Positions 25,654 through 36,080 of a stretch of DNA of 64,000 bases are shown here, one piece after another. A program made the position numbers and the translations under genes. The first letter of the stretch is position 1, and every line of letters starts with the position of its first letter. The notes under the pieces are model-generated. The model was not told the origin of the DNA. It searched no databases and saw nothing but the letters and a program-made list of their open reading frames with translations. The stretch comes from Candidatus Poribacteria bacterium (lineage in GTDB: Bacteria; Poribacteria; WGA-4E; WGA-3G): NCBI GenBank assembly GCA_012270795.1, contig JAAXHO010000059.1:3375-67374 (forward strand), given 5' to 3'.

Positions 25654-26670
25654 TTATTTTTCTGCATCTACAGGCATTGCGCGTTGAGGGATGTCCACGC
25701 CTTGTTCCTTCCAAAACTTATATGCCCCCCGATGTAGCGGAATGAGAAAAGCCTTTGACGCATTCTCAATCGTCATATCCGATGCGGCTTGATTTGTTTG
25801 GAGCATGATATTGTGTCCTTCCTCTGTATAAGCATGCTTGAGGATATTATAGATAATCTCCTCAGAAACAGCTTTGTTCGCAACGAGGACGGTTGGCATC
25901 GCGATAGTCTTTACGGGTTCAACTTTACCCTCATAGCAACCATCAGGGAGTTTCCCAGAGAAATAATAGGGGTATTTTTCATAGAGACCGAACTTTTTAG
26001 CGGGTGTGTCAAGGTCAAGCATTCGGATAGATTTTGTCGTAGTTAAGTAAATAATCGCATCATTCGGTACACTGACAAGCCAGAAAAACCCTTTAGCATT
26101 TCCATCTTGGAGTTCTTGTGCGCCGTTAGTGCCACCCCTATAAATCGGCGTAAACTTGTTCCAGATACCAGCAACCTCAGCCAGCCGTTCTAAGGTTTGA
26201 GCAGTCCCTGAACCAGACGCACCACAAGCGATCTTTTTGCCAACAATGTCTTCCAATGTGTGGACATCGCTATTCTCAAGTGTTGAGAATTGACCGTAGG
26301 CATAGTAAAGTAAGGTAACCATACGGATGTTCGTTTTTGGTTCTTCATTAGCGAATGCCTCCTGACCGTGATATCCGAGAGAACTTTCAGAAGCGAAAAC
26401 TACCGCAAGGGCATTTTGATCTTCGTTAACTCTGCGTGTATTTTCAATTGAACCTGAGGAGGACACAACAGAAATTTTGACATCAGTGGCATGTTGTTTC
26501 GCAATCTGCTTGATTCCACCGGCAAATTGCGAAAAACTTCCACCGATGACACCTCCATAAATTGACAGCCATTCTTTGTTTTTATTATCACCGCAGCCAA
26601 TAAAGAGAGTCAATAAAACCAGAATAAGACTACAAAAAACCGCAAAAATTTGATTTAACTTTTTCATCAT
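25654..26670 (-). CDS. TRAP transporter solute receptor, TAXI family (lipoprotein)
   Basis: Signal peptide with lipobox LFIGC. TAXI-like sequence throughout. Confidence 0.75.
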   Translation of the reverse strand: MMKKLNQIFAVFCSLILVLLTLFIGCGDNKNKEWLSIYGGVIGGSFSQFAGGIKQIAKQHATDVKISVVSSSGSIENTRRVNEDQNALAVVFASESSLGYHGQEAFANEEPKTNIRMVTLLYYAYGQFSTLENSDVHTLEDIVGKKIACGASGSGTAQTLERLAEVAGIWNKFTPIYRGGTNGAQELQDGNAKGFFWLVSVPNDAIIYLTTTKSIRMLDLDTPAKKFGLYEKYPYYFSGKLPDGCYEGKVEPVKTIAMPTVLVANKAVSEEIIYNILKHAYTEEGHNIMLQTNQAASDMTIENASKAFLIPLHRGAYKFWKEQGVDIPQRAMPVDAEK

Positions 26671-26704
26671 AAGTTTTCCTTTTTATCTATTTAGAATCAA
26701 ATAC

Positions 26705-26882
26705 AGAATCTTATACCATTTCTAAAATTTAATTTCTCATTAGCTGCGAAGATTTGGTAGGAGCGACCTCCCGGTCGCGACCGGGAGGTCGCTCCTACCG
26801 AAGAGAGGCACCCCAACCAGCAATAACAGTGAAATTCCTTAATGAGACAATATTTTTTAGAATTGGTATTACTTTTTACTTC
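26705..26882. mobile_element. MITE-like element, family A (terminal ...ATACCATTTCTAA... / ...TTAGAATTGGTATTAC), with a 44 bp perfect palindrome core GGTAGGAGCGACCTCCCGGTCGCGACCGGGAGGTCGCTCCTACC
   Basis: The core at 26756-26799 is a perfect palindrome. Related copies are listed below. Confidence 0.8.
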
Positions 26883-27261
26883 TATTGTAATAGAGATAAA
26901 CACCTAAAACGCCTGCGATTGAACCGATGACATCCGCGACCCAATCTGCCAGGGTAGCATACCTGCCGGGAACAAACTTTTGATGCAATTCATCACTTGC
27001 ACCATAGAGGATTGAAATGAGTGCGGCTGTTATCCATATCCATTTTGTTGGGAAACGTTTTGGAGGGGCTTTAACAAGTGCTATTGATAGCAACACGCTG
27101 AGGATGCCATATTCTATGAAATGATAGAGTTTGTCTATTGTCAACCACTCGAACTTTGGCATTGGGAGCGGTGGTTGCTCCAAAGACGAGATGACAAATA
27201 TGAGTGTCATGTAGAGAACTGGGAGTGCCCAGTATTTAAGATAGCGCATCCAGTATTGCAT
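26869..27261 (-). CDS. VanZ-like family membrane protein
   Basis: VanZ motifs [15 protein letters not shown] and DWVADVIG. The start was chosen at an internal Met to avoid overlapping the upstream gene. Confidence 0.6.
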   Translation of the reverse strand: MQYWMRYLKYWALPVLYMTLIFVISSLEQPPLPMPKFEWLTIDKLYHFIEYGILSVLLSIALVKAPPKRFPTKWIWITAALISILYGASDELHQKFVPGRYATLADWVADVIGSIAGVLGVYLYYNRSKK

Positions 27262-29203
27262 CCACGTCGTAGACACATCCTCCCCAAGTCCCACCCCCGA
27301 CAGCCTGTAACGCAGCCCATAGACGTGTATCGTCAGGTATCTGGTCATCTGGCGAGAGGTCGGGACGTGGTTTCCTTTGTGCCAATACATTCTCTCCAGT
27401 AGCAGTACCGAATAGGTCATCGCCATGCCCTACTAAGTCAATACTCCCGACCAATTTTCGCGTATCAATCTCTATTTGGATAATATCACCGTCAAGGATT
27501 TTTCCGATTGGTCCTCCAGCAAGTGCTTCTGGACCAACATGTCCGATACACGCACCCGTTGATACCCCCGAAAAGCGAGCATCTGTAATCAACGCGATAT
27601 GCTTCCCAAATGATAGATGTTTGAGTGCCGCAGTGAGTTGATAGACCTCCTCCATGCCAGTACCTTGTGGACCACGGCAGCACAGCACCATGATGTCTCC
27701 CGGTTTGATGTTGTTTTCTCCTTGTCCTTTGAGTGATTGGATTGCATCAACTTCCCGAACAAAAACACGTGCTGGGCCTGCCCTCCGATATACGCCATCG
27801 GAATCAACAACACTCGGATCAATTGCAGTGCTTTTGATAACAGACCCCTCTGGTGCAAGGTTGCCTCGTGGAAATGTAACCGTGCTTGTCAATCCTGCCG
27901 CTTGCGCAGCATCTGGATTCAAAATAACTTCATCAGGAGCGATATTGTCAAGTCTTTCAAGTAGTTCACGGACACGTTGTCTTCGTTCAGATTTCTCCCA
28001 CCAATCAAGGTTTTTTCCGAGTGGTTCACCCGTCACTGTTAGGACATCTTCGTTGAGTAATCCACTCAATTCCCGTAAATGTAACATCACCTCTGGCACG
28101 CCACCCGCAAGGAACACATGTATTGTTGGATGTCCTACTGGTCCATTCGGAAGCACATCTACAAGCCGCGGTACTTGTTGATTCACTTCTGTCCAATCAT
28201 CTACGGTGGGGCGTTCAAGTCCTGCAGCATGTGCAATTGCGGGGATATGTAGTAGCAAGTTCGTTGAGCCGCCGAATGCAGCATGCACCACCATTGCATT
28301 CTGAATTGCTTCAGGTGTGACAATATCCTTCATTGCCATCCCTTTTGCTGCCAAATTGACGACTGCTCGCGCAGATCGCAAACCCATGTCTGACCATATT
28401 TTTTGTCCAGACGGTGCTAACGCTGTGTGTGTCAAACTCATACCCAATGCTTCTCCTACAACTTGTGAAGTTGCGGCAGTACCCAAGAATTGACATCCCC
28501 CTCCAGGTGTCGCACACGCACGACATCCCATGTCTGCTGCATCTTGCAGACTAATCTCACCGTGTGCGAAACGTGCTCCGATTGTTTGTATTTTCCCTGC
28601 ATCTTCACCTGTGGTCGGGGGTAAAGTTACGCCTCCGGGCACAAGGACTGCTGGTAATTCACGCATAGATGCAAGTGCCATCATCATGGCAGGCAAACCT
28701 TTATCGCAAGTTGCTACCCCGACAACACCTTTGCGTGTGGGTAGAGAACGGATAAGACGGCGAAATATCTGTGCTGCATCGTTGCGATATGCGAGGCTAT
28801 CCATCATACCGACTGTGCCTTGTGTGCGTCCATCACACGGATCGGAACAGTAGCCTGCAAACGGAATGGCAGCCAGTTCCTTGAGTTCTTTAGCAACCGC
28901 TTGCATCAGGAGGCCTACCTCCCAATGTCCTGTATGATATCCAAGTGCAATTGGACTGCCATCAGGTGCGCGGATGCCGCCTTGTGTGCTGAGTATCAGA
29001 AACTCCTCACGCCGCAGTTCTGTCGGTGCCCACCCCATTGCAGTGTTGTGACTCAAACCGAATATATCGCCACTGGGACGGTTGAGCAGCATCTCTTCGG
29101 TAAGTGGTAGGCTGCCTTCTGGTCCAGCAGCATGCGTCTGTATGTCGTAAATGTTGGTGTCACCCGTTTCTAATATGTCAGTGTAGTTTATCGGTTTTGG
29201 CAT
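27236..29203 (-). CDS. IlvD/EDD-family dehydratase (YjhG/YagF-like sugar-acid dehydratase)
   Basis: 655 aa. Fe-S cluster motif CDKGLPA plus the conserved CDG(R)T and GGS segments. Confidence 0.85.
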   Translation of the reverse strand: MPKPINYTDILETGDTNIYDIQTHAAGPEGSLPLTEEMLLNRPSGDIFGLSHNTAMGWAPTELRREEFLILSTQGGIRAPDGSPIALGYHTGHWEVGLLMQAVAKELKELAAIPFAGYCSDPCDGRTQGTVGMMDSLAYRNDAAQIFRRLIRSLPTRKGVVGVATCDKGLPAMMMALASMRELPAVLVPGGVTLPPTTGEDAGKIQTIGARFAHGEISLQDAADMGCRACATPGGGCQFLGTAATSQVVGEALGMSLTHTALAPSGQKIWSDMGLRSARAVVNLAAKGMAMKDIVTPEAIQNAMVVHAAFGGSTNLLLHIPAIAHAAGLERPTVDDWTEVNQQVPRLVDVLPNGPVGHPTIHVFLAGGVPEVMLHLRELSGLLNEDVLTVTGEPLGKNLDWWEKSERRQRVRELLERLDNIAPDEVILNPDAAQAAGLTSTVTFPRGNLAPEGSVIKSTAIDPSVVDSDGVYRRAGPARVFVREVDAIQSLKGQGENNIKPGDIMVLCCRGPQGTGMEEVYQLTAALKHLSFGKHIALITDARFSGVSTGACIGHVGPEALAGGPIGKILDGDIIQIEIDTRKLVGSIDLVGHGDDLFGTATGENVLAQRKPRPDLSPDDQIPDDTRLWAALQAVGGGTWGGCVYDVDAILDALS

Positions 29204-29261
29204 TTATTATAGTCCTATGGATATAAACAAAATGGTTCTCTTGTCGTTTTACTTTTAGATA

Positions 29262-29475
29262 CTATTCAAAGAGTTGTGTCACAGGACACGAAAATCCTTC
29301 AACGACATCCTCACCTGTCAACGTGTCTTGGTAGTTTAGCAACGTAATATCTGTCTCAGAACGATAGACTGTTACTGTTTTTGCAATTGGTTCAATCACC
29401 CAAATCAGACGAGTTCCAGCCAGCAAATAAGCTGATACCTTTAATGAAATTGCATTGATAGTGGAATACCTAACG
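29262..29475 (-). pseudogene. C-terminal remnant of a Uma2-family (DUF820, PD-(D/E)XK) endonuclease gene with no start codon
   Basis: Minus-strand translation ...AYLLAGTRLIWVIEPIAKTVTVYRSETDITLLNYQDTLTGEDVVEGFSCPVTQLFE* matches the Uma2 C-terminus. It abuts the stop codon of the CotH gene. Confidence 0.4.
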
Positions 29476-29476
29476 T

Positions 29477-32155
29477 CTATTTATTCTGTTTTGAAAGAAG
29501 TTTTGCGACTTCGTCCCTGCCAGTTTTTACTTTTTTCTCGTCTATTTTCAACTTTAACAGTCCCACAACAAACTCTGTTATTCCCCAGTCGATTTTGGTA
29601 ACGCTCAAGGGTGTCATACCATCATTTTTTTTGAGGCTAATATCTGCCCCTTTCTCAAGTAGTAGTTTTGCTGTTTCAGTACGTCCAAGGAATGCTGCAG
29701 CATGCAACGCTGTAGAACCGTCCCTATGTCGGTTATTGATTTTTGCCCCTTTTTCAAGTAGCAATTTCGCTGCTTCTGTCTGCCCATTTAGTGCTGCCCA
29801 ACCTAAAGGATCTATTCCAAATTGTGGGTCAAGTGCTTCAATATCTGAACCGTTTTCTAAAGCAGTCTTGATAGCAGGCAGATCACCATCCGCAGCTGCT
29901 TTCCACAAATTTTGGGATTGTGAAGGATTATTCTTCTCATAAGCAGCGATTAGTTTTGCAATTTCTGCTCTGCCCGTTTCCACTTCTTTTCTATCAACTT
30001 CAATTTGGATAACATTGAGAATAGCTTGTGTAATTCCCCAGTCAAGTGTTGTATTATCCATAGCAGATCCACCTGAGTGATTACGCACATGAACATCTAC
30101 ACCATGTTTCAAAAGCAATTTCGCCGCTTCCGTACGTCCTAAAAATGCTGCAGCATGTAAGGTTGTGTTACCATCCCTATTTACACCATTAACATCTGCC
30201 CCTTTCTTCAATAAGAATTCCATGATGTCTGTATGTCCCATCAACGAAGCAATAAATAGCAAGGGATCTCCCGACTGTGGATTCCGCGAATTCACATCCA
30301 ACCCATCAGCGATTGCCTTTTCTACTTTCTTTAAATCACCGGTAAAAGCGGCTTCCCAAACCTCGTTTGCAGCACCTTGTGGTTCTGTAGAATTTGTGTT
30401 TCTGAGTAGCTCAGCAACTTCCTTTCTACCTGCTTCTACCTCCTCCTGTTTCAAATCTATATCAAACATGCTTGTCATGAACCTAAGCATACCCCACGGC
30501 AGATATAAACCGCTTGCGGGTGTAGCACCACCATGATTTTTGGCATTAACATCTGCCCCGTTATCAAGAAGAAGTTCAGTAAGTTCAACACGACCTAAAG
30601 TAACAGCAACATGTAAGGGAGTTCCCCCATCCTCTTGTCGGACATTGACATCCGCACCGAGTTTGATAAGCAATTCTGCAGCTTCTGTGTGTCCCATCAT
30701 CGTTGCCCAGGTTAACGGAGATAAATGTGTATCGTCTGAAAGTGCATCAATCTCTGCGCCTTCGGCAATGTAACGCTTGATACCATCAAGGTCACCGAGA
30801 CGGGCAGCCCCCCACAAATTGTCTTCCGGTAATTCAATAAATTGTTTCATAAACTTTCCATCAAAACCATCAGGTCCCATCACGATTGGCGGGTGTGGTC
30901 GTCTTCTCCATTCAGGCATACCATCACTTATCTCTTCTAAAATCTTACTCTTACGAGTTCTGATAAATTCCCGCACTTCATCTAACTTCTCTTCAAAAGC
31001 AATCGTTTCGCCTCTACCCCATCCCTCATTTTCTTTAATGGTTCGTTGTGAGGGTATCATATGCGGTTGAATCATCGTAGAAATTCTATCTAATTCAGCA
31101 AAGAGCTTAACTTCGTTCCAATGGTTTTCAAGTATATCTATCATCGTCTTTGCATACCGTTCTTTACCAGCATCAAGTTGATAAAGTCTATAAGCAATTA
31201 AGCCTTGTGTCTTTACCGAAATTGGCGCGTTAGTTTTTCTCCCCATATTCTTCATATCAAAGTTTGAGAACAACGCATCTGCACCCCAAGGCAAGAAGTG
31301 AAACTTGTCTGTTTCAGGATTTAGATAGACAAAGAAATTATTGTTGTTCCCAGAATAACCATCCCAGAAACCGAGTAATCCTTCTATTACCCAAAATCGG
31401 TAGAAACTATCTAAATCAACAAACTGACCGATGGTCTTTTCACTTACTTCATCAGCCGCTAACACATTAATTAACCCTTTTATTTTTTCTCTCCCGTGTT
31501 TATCTTTACCTCTCTTGTGTTCAAAACTGTTCTCCCAATCCTTATAGAAATCTACCACTGAACCTTCATATAAGGTGCCGTCGTCATCACCAAAAGCACG
31601 CTTGAGTATAGGTTTTCGCATAGTCTCCACATGCGAATATATACCTAAGTTCTTACCATTCACTGTAACCTTCGCATAACCACAACGTGGTGCAGGAGAA
31701 CCGATTGCGTTGAACAACGCATATCCCAAAAACTGACTGACATGCGTTACATCTTGTTGATTGTTATTCAGTGTTAGGTTGGTCAATCCTTCTATTCCGC
31801 CTTTTTTGTCTACATGGTTCAACTTGATCTTGAGGGATGGACGCGATATACTCTGTGAACCGATGAAACCTTTCTTGCGGATTCCGACTTTCGGGAACTC
31901 TACCCCGTCAATACTTACACTTGCATCAACGTAGGTATACGGATGCTCTGGTGGTGCAAACTGACGGGACTCGTTCAGTACATCCATAAAACCCCGTGAC
32001 TGAATCCGTATCTTGTTCCAATCCCGTTGTGAAACAGTTATCTGTATATCTAAAACCCGGTCGCTTGGGAATATATCGTCCAAAGTCAATTCCTTTGCAT
32101 CAATGTTTCCGACACAAAGTATCGTTGCAAAACCTACTATCCATTTGATCATCAT
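29477..32155 (-). CDS. secreted CotH-kinase-like protein with C-terminal ankyrin repeats (892 aa)
   Basis: Signal peptide, then a CotH domain (first roughly 400 aa), then at least 9 ankyrin repeats (TPLHxAxxxGxxExxxLLLxxGADVN). Confidence 0.8.
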   Translation of the reverse strand: MMIKWIVGFATILCVGNIDAKELTLDDIFPSDRVLDIQITVSQRDWNKIRIQSRGFMDVLNESRQFAPPEHPYTYVDASVSIDGVEFPKVGIRKKGFIGSQSISRPSLKIKLNHVDKKGGIEGLTNLTLNNNQQDVTHVSQFLGYALFNAIGSPAPRCGYAKVTVNGKNLGIYSHVETMRKPILKRAFGDDDGTLYEGSVVDFYKDWENSFEHKRGKDKHGREKIKGLINVLAADEVSEKTIGQFVDLDSFYRFWVIEGLLGFWDGYSGNNNNFFVYLNPETDKFHFLPWGADALFSNFDMKNMGRKTNAPISVKTQGLIAYRLYQLDAGKERYAKTMIDILENHWNEVKLFAELDRISTMIQPHMIPSQRTIKENEGWGRGETIAFEEKLDEVREFIRTRKSKILEEISDGMPEWRRRPHPPIVMGPDGFDGKFMKQFIELPEDNLWGAARLGDLDGIKRYIAEGAEIDALSDDTHLSPLTWATMMGHTEAAELLIKLGADVNVRQEDGGTPLHVAVTLGRVELTELLLDNGADVNAKNHGGATPASGLYLPWGMLRFMTSMFDIDLKQEEVEAGRKEVAELLRNTNSTEPQGAANEVWEAAFTGDLKKVEKAIADGLDVNSRNPQSGDPLLFIASLMGHTDIMEFLLKKGADVNGVNRDGNTTLHAAAFLGRTEAAKLLLKHGVDVHVRNHSGGSAMDNTTLDWGITQAILNVIQIEVDRKEVETGRAEIAKLIAAYEKNNPSQSQNLWKAAADGDLPAIKTALENGSDIEALDPQFGIDPLGWAALNGQTEAAKLLLEKGAKINNRHRDGSTALHAAAFLGRTETAKLLLEKGADISLKKNDGMTPLSVTKIDWGITEFVVGLLKLKIDEKKVKTGRDEVAKLLSKQNK

Positions 32156-32460
32156 TTTCTCCTATTATTTGGTATTCTGATATTGCAAATTTATCCGTAT
32201 TCTGAATATTGCAATTAGTGTAGCATATTTTGGGATTTTATGCTTGTCAAAATTGTTGAAGCTTGGTAATATAAATATCTGGTTAGTTTGAATTCAAATT
32301 GTTATTCAGCAAATGCACATCTACTCAAAGCATTTTTAAAGAAAGTACTATGTCTAATAACTCCCACATTCGCGACAATAAATGGTATGGCACGGTTGCC
32401 GATTTTCTTTGAAATTAGTCCTAACTTCTAAACCTACTCACTCTAACACTGACACGGGTG

Positions 32461-32744
32461 TGTAAAGTTATTTTCACTTGTCTGAACCAGGATTTTCAGG
32501 ATTATCAGATTTACAGGATTAGCGTCTGATGCTGTAGAGTTCCATTCCAAATAGAGACTGCCTTGGCTGTGAACAAAAGACGTTTCGCCTAGGTGTGGAA
32601 CTTGATGATCAAACTCAAATCCCGGGGAATGCCAAAAGGCATTCATACCCGGGGAATGCCAAAAGGCATTCATACCGTTGATTTCTTGATTTGAAAATCT
32701 GATAATCCTGAAAATCCTGGTTCAGACAAGTGAAAATAACTTTA
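32461..32744. mobile_element. MITE-like element, family C: 48 bp terminal inverted repeats (GTAAAGTTATTTTCACTTGTCTGAACCAGGATTTTCAGGATTATCAGATT) with an internal tandem repeat (GGCATTCATACCCGGGGAATGCCAAAA x2)
   Basis: Arms at 32461-32508 and 32697-32744. Internal units at about 32625-32680. Fragments of the same family occur at 2340-2370, 3349-3400, 41826-41856 and 42462-42530. Confidence 0.8.
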
Positions 32745-32792
32745 CTCATAATTCATGCCAAAAACTTTACACACCCCACTGACACTTCCTCC

Positions 32793-32873
32793 CTTGAAAA
32801 TGAGATTGATAAACTGGTATATGAATTGTATAATTTAACGGAAGATGAAATTGCGTTAATTGAGCAAATATAG
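32793..32873 (+). pseudogene. C-terminal remnant (LENEIDKLVYELYNLTEDEIALIEQI*) of a type IIG restriction-modification / N6-adenine methyltransferase (PglX/Eco57I-like) gene
   Basis: The peptide matches the conserved C-terminal tail of this enzyme class. It lies immediately after the family C MITE, with no upstream gene body. Confidence 0.35.
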
Positions 32874-32985
32874 CGGGAAGTTGGCATGTCAGTGTGACGG
32901 TTTCACTCCCCTTAACAGATTTATTTTATAGATAATCATGATTTTTCAAAAACTTATAGAATATGTACTTTGAGAGGTAATATTC

Positions 32986-33630
32986 GTGCGAATTCCATTT
33001 AGTCTTTATGATTTTCTAGGATACGCGGGGCCTGGTTTTATTGCGATTGTAATAATTGTTATTTTAGTATACCCGACCCTGCTGGTAAACTTTCCTAATG
33101 AATTAAAAGACGAGAAGAGTGTCTTATCAAAGATCCTTACTCCTAACGTGGTCCAGGGCGTTTTTTATCTCTTTGCTTGTCATTTCGTTGGTGTTGCAAG
33201 TCATGGGGTAACTGAATGGACTCTGAGATTATTTACAAAAAGATTTAGGTGGGCCAAAAGACTTTATTCAGACCAGGGAATGTTTGAGGAAGAACTATTC
33301 AAATCTCGTAAATCTAGGCGTTATTTTAAAGATATTGGACCGTATTCAGATCAATTTGTAAGCAGATTGAAAGAACAAGTTGAAAAAGTTTTTAATATCA
33401 AAGTAGATGAGATGGAAACGGGTGTAGAGTATACAGAGATTTTCCATCTCTGTCGTAACACTGTTATCAAGCATAATCCAACTCTCTATTCAGGAGCTTT
33501 TGTATTTTTAGTTCGATACAGTTCTACTAAACTATTAGGATGTATCTTTTTTCTTGGCGGAATAGGTTTTTTGATGAGAGCTTTTCTCTTTCGTCCACCG
33601 AGCTTGGAATATTGGTTTTTATTGTCCTAG
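32986..33630 (+). CDS. hypothetical membrane protein (214 aa)
   Basis: ORF with an N-terminal TM helix. Its last 90 bp overlap a 78 aa ORF in another frame (33540-33776) that has a further TM helix. This may be a frameshifted single gene. Confidence 0.4.
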   Translation: MRIPFSLYDFLGYAGPGFIAIVIIVILVYPTLLVNFPNELKDEKSVLSKILTPNVVQGVFYLFACHFVGVASHGVTEWTLRLFTKRFRWAKRLYSDQGMFEEELFKSRKSRRYFKDIGPYSDQFVSRLKEQVEKVFNIKVDEMETGVEYTEIFHLCRNTVIKHNPTLYSGAFVFLVRYSSTKLLGCIFFLGGIGFLMRAFLFRPPSLEYWFLLS

Positions 33631-33776
33631 CTGTAGTTAGTATAAGCTTATGGGGCATATTTCTCCACTTACATCACGTATTTTTTAAGTATTATCGTAG
33701 CCGCATCCTTTACGGGTTTTATGAGTATGCAATGGAAATTGAACGTACAGAAGAATCGACGAAACAAGTAATATAA
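33540..33776 (+). CDS. hypothetical small membrane protein or the frameshifted 3' part of the preceding gene
   Basis: 78 aa ORF with a TM helix, overlapping the previous ORF in a different frame. Confidence 0.25.
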   Translation: MYLFSWRNRFFDESFSLSSTELGILVFIVLAVVSISLWGIFLHLHHVFFKYYRSRILYGFYEYAMEIERTEESTKQVI

Positions 33777-34146
33777 CAACGTTAGCAAAACGAAAATGTC
33801 TTGAAGTTGCATCTGAATGTCGTAACGAAATTAATTCGGATTACTTAACTTATACCATTTTTATTATACTAACCCAAGTTGCTACCTAACAAGATTTTAA
33901 ATGATTTTAAATATGTAAACACCGTTTTTAACAGAGTATGACTCATTTTCGTCCGATTTTGTAGCAATCCAGTTTGCGCCCTTATGACACAATCTGGCAG
34001 ATTGTGCATCTTATGTAGCAACTTAGGTTATAATAGGCTAATTGCCGAAATCCGAATACGCTGCTCTGTTAAAAAAACTTGACACCACCTCTTAAATCTG
34101 CTATAATTCTTTAATTGAATCCCATTGATAGTAAGGATATATCGTC

Positions 34147-35535
34147 ATGTTTGAGAGTTTGAGTGACCGATTACAAAGCACCTTCAAAAAGATAAAAGGT
34201 CAGGGAAAACTGACAGAGAAAAACATCTCTGATTCTCTGCGCGAGGTGCGACGCGCGCTATTAGAAGCGGATGTCAACTACACGGTCACGCGCGATTTCA
34301 TTGAAAAGATCAAGGAACGCGCACTCGGTCAGGAGGTGATGGGAAGCCTCACACCTGAACTCCAAATTGCGAAGATTATCAAAGAAGAACTGACTACATT
34401 GATGGGAACAGAATCTGCTAAGATACAGATTGCTCCCAGCGGACCAACGGTTGTGATGTTAGCAGGGTTGCAAGGTGCTGGGAAAACGACAGTCGCAGCA
34501 AAATTAGCACTTAAATTCCGTAAGGATGGTCGGAATCCGATGTTAGTCGCTGCCGATGTCTATCGTCCTGCTGCAATCAAACAGCTGCAAGTTCTTGGCG
34601 AACAGATACAAGCACCCGTTTTTTCACTTGGAACAGATGTTTCACCTGTCAAAATCGCAAAAGACTCGGTACAAGATGCATTACAACGTGGATACGATTG
34701 CGTGATTATAGACACAGCGGGACGTTTACACATTGATGCAACTTTAATGGATGAGTTAAAAGGCATCAAGAATGCTGTGAACCCCTCTGAAATACTGCTC
34801 GTCGTAGATGCAATGACAGGACAAGACGCTGTTAATGTTGCTGAAAACTTCAACAACGATTTGGAAATTAACGGTGTCATCCTAACAAAAATGGATGGTG
34901 ATGCGCGAGGGGGGGCAGCATTGTCAATACGCTCTGTAACTAATAAACCCATAAAATTCATCGGTGTAGGCGAAAAAATTGACGCAGCAACGTTAGAGGA
35001 ATTTCATCCTGAACGGATGGCATCCCGTATCATCGGACAAGGTGATTTCCAAACTCTCATGGAAAAAGCCGAAGCCGTCTTTAACGAAGACCAAGCAAAA
35101 GAATTAGAACGCAAACTTACTGAAAAGAAAGGATTAAATTTTAACGACTTTCTTACACAACTCGAACAAATTAAAAACATGGGACCCCTTGACCAATTGC
35201 TGGACCTTGTGCCATTCAAAAATCAATTGCCCATCAAAGACATACAACCTGATGAGAGCCATCTCAAATATGCGAGAGCGATGATACAATCCATGACTCC
35301 AGCAGAACGACAGAACCCACAATTACTGGATAGAAGCCGTAAACTTCGTATTTCTAAAGGCAGTGGGACATCGGTAAATCAGGTCAATCAGCTGGTGAAC
35401 CAACTACGTATGATGAATAACATGTTGAGCCAGCAGACAGCGATGGGATTGCCGAAAATGGCAGGTAAAATGGGAGGCATCTCAAGAAACCAACGTAAAC
35501 CAGGAAAACGACGAAAACGCAGACGACGAAAATAG
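34147..35535 (+). CDS. ffh: signal recognition particle protein Ffh
   Basis: SRP54 N, G and M domains: GLQGAGKTT, DTAGR, a Met-rich M domain and a basic tail. Confidence 0.95.
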   Translation: MFESLSDRLQSTFKKIKGQGKLTEKNISDSLREVRRALLEADVNYTVTRDFIEKIKERALGQEVMGSLTPELQIAKIIKEELTTLMGTESAKIQIAPSGPTVVMLAGLQGAGKTTVAAKLALKFRKDGRNPMLVAADVYRPAAIKQLQVLGEQIQAPVFSLGTDVSPVKIAKDSVQDALQRGYDCVIIDTAGRLHIDATLMDELKGIKNAVNPSEILLVVDAMTGQDAVNVAENFNNDLEINGVILTKMDGDARGGAALSIRSVTNKPIKFIGVGEKIDAATLEEFHPERMASRIIGQGDFQTLMEKAEAVFNEDQAKELERKLTEKKGLNFNDFLTQLEQIKNMGPLDQLLDLVPFKNQLPIKDIQPDESHLKYARAMIQSMTPAERQNPQLLDRSRKLRISKGSGTSVNQVNQLVNQLRMMNNMLSQQTAMGLPKMAGKMGGISRNQRKPGKRRKRRRRK

Positions 35536-35621
35536 CAAAAATGCAACTTATTTATCTTACAATGTAAAAAACGAAACAGTATCACATTGACGGTTAAATT
35601 ACATTTACCAGGAGGAATTTT

Positions 35622-36017
35622 TTGGCAGTTAGAATTAGATTACAACGACACGGCAGAAAGAAACGCCCGTTTTATCGGCTCGTAGCAGCTGATGCACGCG
35701 CCCAACGCGACGGTGTGTTTTTGGAACGACTCGGACATTACAATCCGATAGATGAACCAGCAGATGTCGTTATTGATGAAGAGAAAGCTTTGAAATGGTT
35801 GAGACGGGGGGCACAACCCACCGATACAGCAAAAAGATTGCTTTCACAAAAAGGTATCTGGAAAAAATTTACTTACGAAAAACTCGGTAAACCGCTCCCT
35901 GAAAGCGATGGAACTGAAACAGTAGAAACACACGAAGATGTTGAAACGCCTCAACCCGTTGAGGAACAGGAAGCAGCTACTTCAGAAGAAATATCAGAAC
36001 CTTCCGAAGAAGAATAG
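35622..36017 (+). CDS. rpsP: 30S ribosomal protein S16 with an acidic C-terminal extension
   Basis: TTG start after [26 protein letters not shown] is the canonical S16 N-terminus. Confidence 0.9.
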   Translation: MAVRIRLQRHGRKKRPFYRLVAADARAQRDGVFLERLGHYNPIDEPADVVIDEEKALKWLRRGAQPTDTAKRLLSQKGIWKKFTYEKLGKPLPESDGTETVETHEDVETPQPVEEQEAATSEEISEPSEEE

Positions 36018-36080
36018 TTTATATTTTCCTGTCGTTTTTACCTGTTCATTTTTACGCTTGATAACCATAAAAAGTTAGTT

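Noticed and set aside
27654-28181. 175 aa plus-strand ORF and neighbours (27737-27964, 28530-28853)
   Set aside because: Antisense within the IlvD/EDD dehydratase gene.
29595-31070. Series of 77-123 aa plus-strand ORFs rich in Ser/Ala/Pro
   Set aside because: Antisense shadows of the ankyrin-repeat region of the CotH gene. The repetitive ankyrin codons generate open antisense frames.
32443-32673. 76 aa minus-strand ORF with repeated MNAFWHSPG peptide
   Set aside because: Created by the tandem repeat inside the family C MITE. No start context.
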